This document shows positions 26,022-34,466 of a stretch of 64,000 nucleotides of DNA, piece by piece. The stretch comes from an uncultured Acidobacteriota bacterium (GTDB taxonomy: Bacteria > Acidobacteriota > Terriglobia > Terriglobales > Acidobacteriaceae): positions 202,186-266,185 of the forward strand of contig CAVWVX010000002.1 of NCBI GenBank assembly GCA_963758565.1, read 5' to 3'. Positions within the stretch are counted from its first letter, which is position 1. Every line of letters begins with the position of its first letter. Under the pieces are notes generated by a model. That model worked only from the letters and a program-made list of their open reading frames with translations, was not told the origin of the DNA and did not search any database. A program made the position numbers and the translations under genes.

Positions 26022-26475
26022 ACCGGGCCTTTTTTCGTGCCTTCTTTCGTGCTGCCTTGCGCCGAAGTTTCGCCATCCACTCGCGCGAATACATTGTGCC
26101 GCGGCATTTGGGCGAGCCGCAATGGCAGGGCGCGGGATCGTCATCGTCATACAGGTTGTAATCCCAGAGCAATTCTTCTCCGGCCGCGATGTCGCGCAAG
26201 GCGAAGATGTAAGCGCGGTTTTTGACCTCATCGATCTCGCAATTGGGATCGCAGGAATGATTCAGGAAAGCTGCGATGCCAACTCCGTCGATCACAGTTT
26301 TGCCGTCCTCCAGCCCATAGAGATACGTCTTGGGCGCGTTGAGGTAAAGCCGGTCGGCCTCTTCCGGCGTTATACGCGGTCCATCGTATTCGACAATGCG
26401 CGTGCCTTTACGGATGGGAGCATTAGTGAACACTCCGGTCGAATGAATTTTTGAGGGACGGACGGCCAAGGGCAT
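26020..26475 (-). CDS. SET-domain protein-lysine methyltransferase with a Lys/Arg-rich tail
   Basis: Motifs GTRIVEYDG, FLNHSCDPNC, ELLWDYN, post-SET-like CHCGSPKCRG, then the C-terminal AKLRRKAARKKARKKAR. Confidence 0.85.
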   Translation of the reverse strand: MPLAVRPSKIHSTGVFTNAPIRKGTRIVEYDGPRITPEEADRLYLNAPKTYLYGLEDGKTVIDGVGIAAFLNHSCDPNCEIDEVKNRAYIFALRDIAAGEELLWDYNLYDDDDPAPCHCGSPKCRGTMYSREWMAKLRRKAARKKARKKAR

Positions 26476-26710
26476 ACAACTAATTTCGCACGGTTCCCCG
26501 GTTTGTAGGAAGGCGAAAAGGAAAAAATATTCTCTGCCGCGGCGAGTTTCATGCGTCCGGCTGGATTCGAAGCTGCCGATCTGCGAAAACGCCCGCCGGA
26601 TAAGGCTTTCCGGTGAAAAGATTCTTTGCAGCCGATCCCTTCGTGGTAGACTCTCAGTCCGTTGACATTGCTTGCGAATTTTGCGGCGCTAACCTGAGGG
26701 GGAGACAAAC

Positions 26711-27298
26711 ATGCGGATCATTCGTAAAAGACTTGGATTATTAGCAGCTTTGATTTTCTGTGGAGTATTGTTCAGCGCGGCCCAGAGTACAACCAGGAAA
26801 TCCAGCGCGGCTGAGGATTACTGCACCAGCACCGGAGGAGCGGTGGAAATTCGCGTTCCTTCTTATGGTACGAACGGCCCGCCGAATACCTGGCTGAAGC
26901 TCGCCGGACGGCAGGAGTTCTGCCGCTATACCGCTTCAGACCATTCGCACATTCATCTGAATCTGGAAACTCTGTTCACGCCGCAGCCTACGCTGGCGGC
27001 GCTGGCTTACTACGCAGAGATTCCGTGGAATGGTCAGGGGAATGGGAGTCCAGCTTCGTACTATTGCACGCAGCTTGGTGGAACCGATCTCTTCGGCGGG
27101 GTGAATGCCGCGGGCGGCGGATGGGTGGCTCTGGGCACGGTCGACGAAGTTCTCGACTCCTGCATCTTTCCCGACAATTCCACCATTGATTCGTGGGGAC
27201 TGTTCTATCACTCGGACGCCATCATCCGTGGCATCGATCTTTCAACAGTGCTGAAGTATGCGAATCCTTACGCCCCGGCCAAGGGCGGTTCAAAATAA
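26711..27298 (+). CDS. Secreted hypothetical protein, possibly two DUF333-like repeats
   Basis: Signal peptide MRIIRKRLGLLAALIFCGVLFSAAQS. Repeated ..YCTxxGG.. segments (EDYCTSTGGAVE; SYYCTQLGGTDL) and C.FPDNSTIDSW resemble DUF333 as I remember it. Confidence 0.5.
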   Translation: MRIIRKRLGLLAALIFCGVLFSAAQSTTRKSSAAEDYCTSTGGAVEIRVPSYGTNGPPNTWLKLAGRQEFCRYTASDHSHIHLNLETLFTPQPTLAALAYYAEIPWNGQGNGSPASYYCTQLGGTDLFGGVNAAGGGWVALGTVDEVLDSCIFPDNSTIDSWGLFYHSDAIIRGIDLSTVLKYANPYAPAKGGSK

Positions 27299-27323
27299 TA
27301 TTTTGCCGCACGTAAAATAAAAT

Positions 27324-27361
27324 GCCGCCCCGGCTGCGCTGGCAGGGGCGGCAATTTTTTT
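27324..27361. terminator. Bidirectional rho-independent terminator between convergent genes
   Basis: gccgcccc / ggggcggc stem flanked by AAAATAAAAT upstream and AATTTTTTT downstream. T-runs therefore follow the hairpin on both strands. Confidence 0.8.
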
Positions 27362-27373
27362 GTTGAGGCAGGT

Positions 27374-27919
27374 TTACTTGGTCACATCCGGTTCGTAGAC
27401 CGAGTTGCCAAAACCCTGTCTGCGGGCTGACTCCTGCGCTTGCTCGAGAGCCTTCTTCTTTGTATCGAGTTCCGCTTGCATGCGTTCGACCTGCTGCTGC
27501 TTTTGCCGCTGCCGCTCATTCCACTCGACGCAACGAGGTCCGTTACACGGGTGCGAAGCAAAGCGAATCGACTGGTTGAGCTGGTCAATTTGTTTTTGCA
27601 GATTTGCGATCTGGCTCTTTTGCGTCTGAATCTGAGACCTCCAACGTTCGCCGGATTGCTTCATTGCATTTGAACGCGCGGACACATTGCCATGTTTGGT
27701 CGATGGATTTGCCGGCGGTTGCGGAGGGGAGTTCTCCGGGATTTCCTCGTTGGTCACAACGTTGGGAGCGTCGGGATCTTTCGTCCCGGCAGCGGCTCTC
27801 TGCAATCGTTGCTGGCGCGCAACGTCGCCAAGAGAGGGAGAATCCTGACCGGCGGCGAGGGATGAGAATACCGAAATCGCGGCGACGGCAATCAAGATGA
27901 GCTTGCACTTTCTGGGCAT
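27374..27919 (-). CDS. Secreted coiled-coil hypothetical protein
   Basis: Start set to the ATG at 27919 (MPRKCKLILIAVAAISVFSSLAAGQ signal). The C-terminal half is Q/R/K-rich heptad-like (QIANLQKQIDQLNQSIRF..QQQVERMQAELDTKKKALEQAQ). Confidence 0.6.
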   Translation of the reverse strand: MPRKCKLILIAVAAISVFSSLAAGQDSPSLGDVARQQRLQRAAAGTKDPDAPNVVTNEEIPENSPPQPPANPSTKHGNVSARSNAMKQSGERWRSQIQTQKSQIANLQKQIDQLNQSIRFASHPCNGPRCVEWNERQRQKQQQVERMQAELDTKKKALEQAQESARRQGFGNSVYEPDVTK

Positions 27920-28016
27920 GGAAAAGCCCTCCGCCATCAATGCTAGTGGCAAAGAGCGCCGCAGCTCGCATTACCAACGGACCGTCGAAGGTCGGGCGCT
28001 AGGCCAATGCCCAGGG

Positions 28017-29054
28017 TCACGACAGATGTTCTGCGATCAAGGCGTCAAGCTTGGCCAGCAGGGCGTTGTTGCCCTGCCGGGGATAATTGGCCAGCTTTTC
28101 CTGATAGTGCGGCAAATTGTAGAGGAAGGAATCGACGCGCTCTTTTTCCAGCTCTTCCCAGTAAGCGCCGTAACCAGTTTTCTGCAACCAGTAGGCGTTA
28201 AAGATTTGTTCAAACTGGTGCTCGACCGGCACAGCGAGATATGGCTTGGCCAGATGCAAGGCTTCGGTGACCAGTGAAAATCCGGAGTTGGCTACGATAG
28301 CCTTCGCGTTTGTGAGGTCGTGCAAGAATCCGTCAACGGAGGGCTTCTTGTAAACGATCTTTCCCTCTTTGCCGTCCTTACCGAATCCGTAGGCGACGAA
28401 ATCGGCGCGCACCGAGCTCAGTATTTTCGCCAGAGCGGGAGCAGGAGATGTGACGTAAACCAGAATGCTTTCTCCCTGCGCCGGCCGCGCCTCAAGAATT
28501 TCCTGGCGCAGCAATGGCGGGAAGAGGAATGTGTTGCGCTTCTTCACTGGCGCGGTAAAAAAAGAAATGACCAGATAGACGTCGGCGTGTGGGGTCATGA
28601 GCCGGGTGACGAGCTTGGCGGCCGCTGCGTCGTTGCGATACTGCCGCGGATAAGACACCGTCGTGTTGGTCAGGCAATGCTGATTGTCGATGGAGATGAC
28701 CGGCAGCCCCAGGCTGCGCCCTACGTGGCAGGTTAACGGCTCGAAGTCCGTGATTACCAGATCGATCTTCCAATCGGTGGCCAGCCGCTTGAGTTGGTGG
28801 GCGCTCTTTGCCGCCTTGCCCGCGGTCAGCACGTTTTTTGCCAGCGTGCGTTCGTAGCGCACACGATTATTCACGTAGGTCAGGCGGAAGCCGAAAATTT
28901 CGGTGACCTCGAAGTCGCTGAGGTTACGCAATCCGCGGTCGAAGGAGGCGACGTGCAGCGTATGGCTTTGCTGGCGGAGGTGAGTGAGAACTTCCCGGGC
29001 GCGGGTTGAGTGCCCAGCGCCTTCGCCGTTCACACCGTAGAGAATATTTGCCAT
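28017..29054 (-). CDS. Glycosyltransferase (GT-B, MJ1255/TIGR00661-like family)
   Basis: The N-terminus MANILYGVNGEGAGHSTRAREV is characteristic of this GT family. 345 aa. It starts 33 nt downstream of the radical SAM gene on the same strand. Confidence 0.7.
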   Translation of the reverse strand: MANILYGVNGEGAGHSTRAREVLTHLRQQSHTLHVASFDRGLRNLSDFEVTEIFGFRLTYVNNRVRYERTLAKNVLTAGKAAKSAHQLKRLATDWKIDLVITDFEPLTCHVGRSLGLPVISIDNQHCLTNTTVSYPRQYRNDAAAAKLVTRLMTPHADVYLVISFFTAPVKKRNTFLFPPLLRQEILEARPAQGESILVYVTSPAPALAKILSSVRADFVAYGFGKDGKEGKIVYKKPSVDGFLHDLTNAKAIVANSGFSLVTEALHLAKPYLAVPVEHQFEQIFNAYWLQKTGYGAYWEELEKERVDSFLYNLPHYQEKLANYPRQGNNALLAKLDALIAEHLS

Positions 29055-29087
29055 GGTCGAAGCAGTATACGGCAGGCGAGATGCCAG

Positions 29088-30239
29088 CTAAGCTGAAAGC
29101 GCAGTGGCGGCGTGGTCCAGGGCTGAGAGTCTGCGGCCTGTAATCGCGGGCACAAGTTGAATCTGTACCAGGCGCGGCGCGGGAGCATTATCTTTTTTCG
29201 CCAGCAGGTTTTTTGAGGGGATGCCGGTCCGGGCGAAGGATTTTTCGCAGTCGGATGTAGATGGTCCTCGCATATTGCCTTCCAGAAAAGCTACGCCCGG
29301 GCAGCGGGTGCAGGTGGCGCCATGGGCGCATTGCGAGCAGCCGGAAAGATCGCGCAGGCGGATGGAGCGCACATCTTTCAATTGCTCGGAATTGCGCCAG
29401 ATGTCGATGAAACTTTGCTGCCTCACATTGCCGCACGATAAAGGGAAAGCCACGCAGGGATAAAACTCTCCGTAGGGGGAGACGTAACATCCGGTGTGGC
29501 CGGCACTGCAGGGCAACGAATCCATGATCTCTTCGGTGGGTGCGGGCGGAGGCGCGCAAAATTCTTCGGCGTTACCCACATAACTCTCGTCGCGAAATAG
29601 AGTCTGGAGTTCGGAGACGCCGGTTTTCAAGTCGAGGATGGAGCGGTCGCCGTCCATCATCGGAGTGATGGTCGGATCCAGCGTGTATCTGACGCCGAGT
29701 TCTTCGGCCAGCGCGCCAACGCCGCGATGGTCGTGCAAGTTCGCGGTCATGAGCACATTGGCGATCACCACTTTTAAGCCTTGCGCTTTCAGAAACCGAA
29801 TGGCGTCGACGGAGCGCTGCAGGGAGCCAGCAATTTTCGTGATGGCATCGTGCACTTCCGGGCGGTGAGAATAGATGCTGATCTGAATGGATTCCACGCC
29901 GAGATCGCGGAGGCGCGCGGCCTGCGGTTCGCGAATCAGCACGGCGTTCGTTTTCAACTTGATGCAGAAGGTGAGAGCGCGCGCGTGCTCCAGTATTTCA
30001 AAAAAATCCTTGCGCATGAAGATCTCACCGCCACTCAGGGTGAGAATGAAAACGCCGGCCTCGGCCATTTCCGACAGCAGGTTCTTGATTTCAAGCGTGC
30101 TCATTTCGCCATGATCGTCGTGATCGAGATAACAGTGAACGCACTGCTCATTGCAGCGGTAGGTGAGATCGAGTTGCGCGCTCAAAGGCACGCCCAGCTT
30201 CAGGGCCCGGTTGCTCATCTCCTGCAGCAGGGCGCTCAT
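29088..30239 (-). CDS. Radical SAM / SPASM-domain peptide-modifying enzyme
   Basis: CNEQCVHCY (CxxxCxxC) near the N-terminus. C-terminal SPASM-type Cys pattern CSAGHTGCYVSPYGEFYPCV..SGCSQCAHGATCTRCPG. ATGA overlap with the upstream PqqD gene. Confidence 0.88.
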   Translation of the reverse strand: MSALLQEMSNRALKLGVPLSAQLDLTYRCNEQCVHCYLDHDDHGEMSTLEIKNLLSEMAEAGVFILTLSGGEIFMRKDFFEILEHARALTFCIKLKTNAVLIREPQAARLRDLGVESIQISIYSHRPEVHDAITKIAGSLQRSVDAIRFLKAQGLKVVIANVLMTANLHDHRGVGALAEELGVRYTLDPTITPMMDGDRSILDLKTGVSELQTLFRDESYVGNAEEFCAPPPAPTEEIMDSLPCSAGHTGCYVSPYGEFYPCVAFPLSCGNVRQQSFIDIWRNSEQLKDVRSIRLRDLSGCSQCAHGATCTRCPGVAFLEGNMRGPSTSDCEKSFARTGIPSKNLLAKKDNAPAPRLVQIQLVPAITGRRLSALDHAATALSA

Positions 30240-30556
30240 CGAGACTCCTGTCGAGGTGCGGTGGATTGCCCAATGGGTTGCTCGGAGAGCAACAGAATCC
30301 CGTGCTCAGCGAGGTCCTTGGCCAGGGCGGAAGCGTCCTGTAAAGCTTCTTGCGGCTGAACGTCGAACGCGGAACAAATCTTATGCTCAACGATTTCATC
30401 GAGCGGGGTGGAGCCATCGGCAGCCTGCCACAGAATGGTTGCCGTAGGATTCAGCGTGAACAGCGTAGAACCCTGTGCCGACATGACCAGCATTTCTTCG
30501 CCCAGCTTTCGTGCGGCAATGCGCGGACTGCGAGCGATATAAAGTTTCTTGGTCAT
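30236..30556 (-). CDS. PqqD-family RiPP recognition element / peptide chaperone
   Basis: ARKLGEEMLVMSAQGSTLFTLNPTATILWQAADGSTPLDEIVEHK.. matches the PqqD pattern. I prefer the ATG at 30556, which forms ATGA with the kinase stop; an alternative GTG lies at 30571. Confidence 0.8.
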   Translation of the reverse strand: MTKKLYIARSPRIAARKLGEEMLVMSAQGSTLFTLNPTATILWQAADGSTPLDEIVEHKICSAFDVQPQEALQDASALAKDLAEHGILLLSEQPIGQSTAPRQESR

Positions 30557-31368
30557 CGAATCATCTCCCACACCCGCGCGTCAGGAACAAACGTGAGCCG
30601 GTAGGTTGGAACACGCTGCACGAAATCGCAGGCAGTTTGAAATACATGCTGAACCAACTCGGGGTCGCTGGCAAAAAATAAAACGTTCGTTAATAGTTCG
30701 CGGCCAGCCTCCGTAACAGGAATTGGATCGATCCGATTCTCATTCCCTTTTGCCAGCAGGTACAGCGCCGCAATGGGTGCTGAAGTGTTCTCTCCCAGCT
30801 TTGTGAGCTCTCCAACGAAGGGCGTGCCGAAGGCGATGTAACCCTCGCCCCGCTCGCGCACGTAGGACATCTCATCGGTTAAAAGGGTGGCGTCAGGGGG
30901 AGCGAAGCGGGAAATGGTCGTCTTCCCGGCCCCAGAAACACCGGCAAATAAAAATGCCCTTCCGTTCCGGATCGCGCTGGCGGCGTGAAGCAAAAATCCC
31001 CCCTGCTGTGCCAGTGCCAGGGTATGGACGATGCGCAATACGCAGTCCATGGAGTAGGGATTCGCAAGCTGCTCAATTGTCGCGATGCGCGAAGCTGGAT
31101 CCCATTCGGCGCGAAAATCAGCGCGCTGCATCAGCCAGCGCCCGGCTTCGCGACGGACGGTGACCTCGGTATGCCGCTCGGCGAAGGTGGATTGCACGAG
31201 TTCAATGTTGAATTCAAATTCAGCCGTGGTTTCCGCCGTCACGAACCCGGCGTATCGTTCTTGCAGCAGTGCAAGAAAGTCCGAGGAGGCCGTGTTCACC
31301 TTAACGGCAACGCCACCCACGGCGACCACGACGCTGTAGCGTTCGACCTGGAGTTCTACTGCGGGCAC
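30553..31368 (-). CDS. HPr kinase-related (HprK-like) P-loop kinase
   Basis: LLHAASAIRNGRAFLFAGVSGAGKTTISRF P-loop region, typical of the HprK-related kinases found next to PqqD/radical SAM genes. GTG start overlapping the upstream gene by 13 nt. Confidence 0.7.
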   Translation of the reverse strand: MPAVELQVERYSVVVAVGGVAVKVNTASSDFLALLQERYAGFVTAETTAEFEFNIELVQSTFAERHTEVTVRREAGRWLMQRADFRAEWDPASRIATIEQLANPYSMDCVLRIVHTLALAQQGGFLLHAASAIRNGRAFLFAGVSGAGKTTISRFAPPDATLLTDEMSYVRERGEGYIAFGTPFVGELTKLGENTSAPIAALYLLAKGNENRIDPIPVTEAGRELLTNVLFFASDPELVQHVFQTACDFVQRVPTYRLTFVPDARVWEMIR

Positions 31369-31874
31369 GAAATTTCCTTGGAGTTCAATTTTCGGCTGAA
31401 TCGTAGTATGCGATGGGCAAACACCATGGCCCGCGCAGCCGGAACCGCATGCCGGATAATTGTCGCCGTCATTCCTTGAAAAAAGGTCAACGCGGCCGGG
31501 ATTGGAATCAGTCTTCCCGCCCGCACCACATAGGCGACGCGTCCCATCAATTCACTGGCAAACACCGGAGGATCTGGATCTGGCAGGGCATCCCCTTGCG
31601 TGATCCAGTGCCGATTGTTCTCCTTGCCCTTCACTGCCACAACCCGGTGGGCACACAGTGTGCCATGCCGCCCGACAACTACCACTTGGCCGGGAAGAAT
31701 GTCGTCCGGCAAGACTCTCTCGACGATCAGAGTGTCTTCCGGCCAAATGGCCGGCAACATGCTGCGTCCTGTCGCGCTAAGGCGCAACGAACCGGCCGAG
31801 CGCAAAACCTCGCCGGCAAGATCGCATTTCACGACGGAGGCAGGTTCAACCGTCGAGTAAATAGTTTGCCTCAT
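31356..31874 (-). CDS. S24/S26-family (LexA / signal-peptidase-like) serine peptidase, candidate leader peptidase
   Basis: ATGRSMLPAIWPEDTLIVERV (Ser nucleophile context G-x-S-M-x-P..GD) and WITQGDALPDPD. Hydrophobic C-terminal segment. Its ATG overlaps the stop of the precursor ORF (ATGA). Confidence 0.65.
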   Translation of the reverse strand: MRQTIYSTVEPASVVKCDLAGEVLRSAGSLRLSATGRSMLPAIWPEDTLIVERVLPDDILPGQVVVVGRHGTLCAHRVVAVKGKENNRHWITQGDALPDPDPPVFASELMGRVAYVVRAGRLIPIPAALTFFQGMTATIIRHAVPAARAMVFAHRILRFSRKLNSKEISCPQ

Positions 31875-32038
31875 GACCTCGAAACGATGTTGCAGCCGCT
31901 GGAGGTAGGATCGGTTTTCCCGCAGTTCAGCGCAGAAGTAACAAAGACTTGTTCGTAGCGAAAGCTGGGCTTGTCGTAGGGCTTCTTCTCGCTTGCCGCG
32001 GTGCGCGGGTTTTCGTCGAATGATTGATTTGCAGCCAT
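31871..32038 (-). CDS. Candidate RiPP precursor peptide (55 aa), not in the supplied ORF track
   Basis: Manual reverse-complement translation gives MAANQSFDENPRTAASEKKPYDKPSFRYEQVFVTSALNCGKTDPTSSGCNIVSRS*. GAGGAA lies 8-9 nt upstream of the ATG at 32038. The TGA overlaps the ATG of the peptidase gene. It lies 16 nt downstream of the 712-aa gene. Confidence 0.6.
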   Translation of the reverse strand: MAANQSFDENPRTAASEKKPYDKPSFRYEQVFVTSALNCGKTDPTSSGCNIVSRS

Positions 32039-32054
32039 GGTTATTATTCCTCGC

Positions 32055-34193
32055 TTACTTTAAACCAGCTTGTGACGCTTGAATCGCACATCCCCCGGCA
32101 CCCGACGTCCCACAAGGCTGGTTGCCCAAGGTAGAGAAGTAGACTTGGGAACCGCCCGCCGAAGTCACGGTATTATCGATGATCACGGCACTGGCGCCGC
32201 CGCTCACGGGCAGAGCCGCAGTGCTCAGCAATCCCACGTTCGTCCACTGCAGACCCGAGGAACCATCGTTGGTCACCACGCCAGCCGTCGTACTAAAAGT
32301 GGGAATGGACCCGCCGGAGGTTCCGTGTGCTGTTACCAACTGAACGTAATTATTGGCATCAAGAATCTTGGTGTTAAGCGCGTAGGCATGATTGGCCTGC
32401 CAGGCGGCGGGCGTGAAAGCCGATTGCGGTCCCTGATTCAGCCACTGTACCGAGCCATCGCTAGTGGTGCCGCCAAGGCTCGCGGTCCAGGTGGGAACGG
32501 ACGATCCAGAGGTTCCTGCAACGCTTACTACCTCAATCTGGAAGTGGCTATCGAGAACTTCCTGGCCTACTGTATATGCATTGGAGGGTTGCCAGGGCGT
32601 GTTCTTAAAATTGAAGATGCATCCGCCTGATGCGCACGACGAGGCAGCTCCAAGGTTCTGCACGCTCATGAAAATCCATTCCGTCGGTCCGCCAGAGACA
32701 TTCGGATTCAGAAAATCAGTGACTGGAGAGCATGCCGGGCTTCCACTGCTCGCAAGCACTGGTCCAGCTGTGCCGAAACCGCTTAAAGAACTGGCAGCAA
32801 TGGGCACGCGATAAAGAATTGGGGGGCCGCCCGTGTTTCCGCAAACGTAAATATCTCCCGTCGCATTTAAAGAAGTTCGATAGGCGCTGTCAAAGCCCGC
32901 TAAATAGAGTGGATTCGGCTTTGTAGGAGAAATCGAACTGGCACCCACAATGGCTTTCTGTCCGGTATTGCCGGCTGGAAAATCCGCAACCAGCGCATAC
33001 ACGGCCGAGCAGTCAGATCCGCCCGTGCAACCGGCGCTGCCGTCGCTCGTGGCAAAGGCATAAACCAGTTCAGCCGCCGGATCAACCGCCGGGCCATCGA
33101 TCATTCCGGGCCCGCCATCCAGTGACTTGGAGAAATCCAGTTGGCCGGAAGCGGCCACAAAGGCAGTGTCAGGTCCGACCCGGTACAACAAGCCCCCGCG
33201 GTCCGAGACAAAGGCGAGTCCTGAAGTTGGGTCATACGCCGGACTGGAAAGCGGCGTGGGCAGCAACGCGTTCACCTGGACCGGCCAACCGGCGCTGCCT
33301 ACTTCAGCGGGCACGCCATCGAAAACCGGCGTAATTTTGTGCAGCCACCCGGCATCATCCCCCACAAAAGCAATATCGAGACCGTAAACATAGAAGACGG
33401 AGGATCCCGTATCGGCGTTCGGATTTCCGCTCGAGTCTTTCAGCGGCTCGGTGGTCATGCAAGGGGCGCTGCACGTGGGGTACTGCGCGTTGGTGACTCG
33501 CGCTAGAGTCATGGGATTGCTGACGGTCTCCGAGGTGGAAGCGGCCCATTTCAGCAAAACCAAGGTGGCATTGCCGGAGGGATCGCTCTGCACAAATGCC
33601 ACTTGGGTTCCGTCCATCGAGAGAACGGGCGAAGTGGTGACGGTTCCGCCAGCGGTGTTGTAGGCCCAATAAACTGAAGGCACCGTGCCGCTGCAGCTGG
33701 AGTACAGATTGTCGTACGCGACTATATTAGCCTGGGTTGACGATCCCGCCAGTCCAGTTCCGTAAACCACGAAATCCGGTTGCGCCGCGCTGGCGCAATT
33801 GGCGCTGGTAATGGTGAACGCGAACTTTGCTGGATAATTTCCCGCGCCCACACTTGCGCCGGAGTTCATGTTCTCGGCCCAGTCGCGCTTAAGTTTCTTT
33901 TTGCCAGATAAGCTCGCCCGCTGCAGCTCTTCAGTTACTGCTCGGTCTACCGCTTGCGGCGACTTGGCTGACATGCGCAACTGTTGCTGCCGGTAGCGGA
34001 AATCCCGCTCCAGCAACTTTGCCCGCTCCGCATTGGCTGGCTTGGAGAAGATCACGCGGTTCTGGCTCCAATCGCTGATCACCGGGGTGGTATTTTTCAA
34101 ATCAGGCGAAGTTTGCGCAAAAACTGCCCCACTAAAAACGAACGTTGCAAGCAGCCAGACTCCCAGCCGGAGCTGGCGTTGCTGGTTTCTCAT
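32055..34193 (-). CDS. Large secreted hypothetical protein (beta-rich, Ser/Gly/Thr/Ala-rich) with two C-terminal ~40-aa repeats
   Basis: Signal peptide MRNQQRQLRLGVWLLATFVFSGAVFAQ. Repeats GTSGSSVPTWTASLGGTTSDGSVQW and GTSGGSIPTFSTTAGVVTNDGSSGLQW. No enzymatic motif recognised. Confidence 0.7.
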   Translation of the reverse strand: MRNQQRQLRLGVWLLATFVFSGAVFAQTSPDLKNTTPVISDWSQNRVIFSKPANAERAKLLERDFRYRQQQLRMSAKSPQAVDRAVTEELQRASLSGKKKLKRDWAENMNSGASVGAGNYPAKFAFTITSANCASAAQPDFVVYGTGLAGSSTQANIVAYDNLYSSCSGTVPSVYWAYNTAGGTVTTSPVLSMDGTQVAFVQSDPSGNATLVLLKWAASTSETVSNPMTLARVTNAQYPTCSAPCMTTEPLKDSSGNPNADTGSSVFYVYGLDIAFVGDDAGWLHKITPVFDGVPAEVGSAGWPVQVNALLPTPLSSPAYDPTSGLAFVSDRGGLLYRVGPDTAFVAASGQLDFSKSLDGGPGMIDGPAVDPAAELVYAFATSDGSAGCTGGSDCSAVYALVADFPAGNTGQKAIVGASSISPTKPNPLYLAGFDSAYRTSLNATGDIYVCGNTGGPPILYRVPIAASSLSGFGTAGPVLASSGSPACSPVTDFLNPNVSGGPTEWIFMSVQNLGAASSCASGGCIFNFKNTPWQPSNAYTVGQEVLDSHFQIEVVSVAGTSGSSVPTWTASLGGTTSDGSVQWLNQGPQSAFTPAAWQANHAYALNTKILDANNYVQLVTAHGTSGGSIPTFSTTAGVVTNDGSSGLQWTNVGLLSTAALPVSGGASAVIIDNTVTSAGGSQVYFSTLGNQPCGTSGAGGCAIQASQAGLK

Positions 34194-34466
34194 CGGTTCT
34201 CTCCTGATGCCTCGGCCCCAAACAAATCGAGCGCCCAGATTCTCATGCTTGCTGGCTGGTTCTCACCTTAGCGATCGAGCGGAAAATAATCATACACCCG
34301 GGCCTCAGGAGTAATTTCTGAAATTTCGCAGTTTAATTGGAGTTTTCCACAGGAATTCCGCACGTGAAAACCTGCTGCGGGAGGTCGATCCCACACGCAG
34401 CTTCCGGCGCTTTTCGTCGTGCCGGGAACCTCTCCTCGGCCTAAGTGCTTGTGCTCACCCCGAGTT

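Noticed and set aside
25157-26122. 321-aa antisense ORF over the 3' end of the RND permease gene. The same reasoning applies to 54603..55562, 58065..58967, 59228..60103, 48207..48998, 41687..42364 and 44610..45236.
   Set aside because: All lie opposite strongly supported genes, have Arg/His/Gly-rich compositions and carry no motifs.
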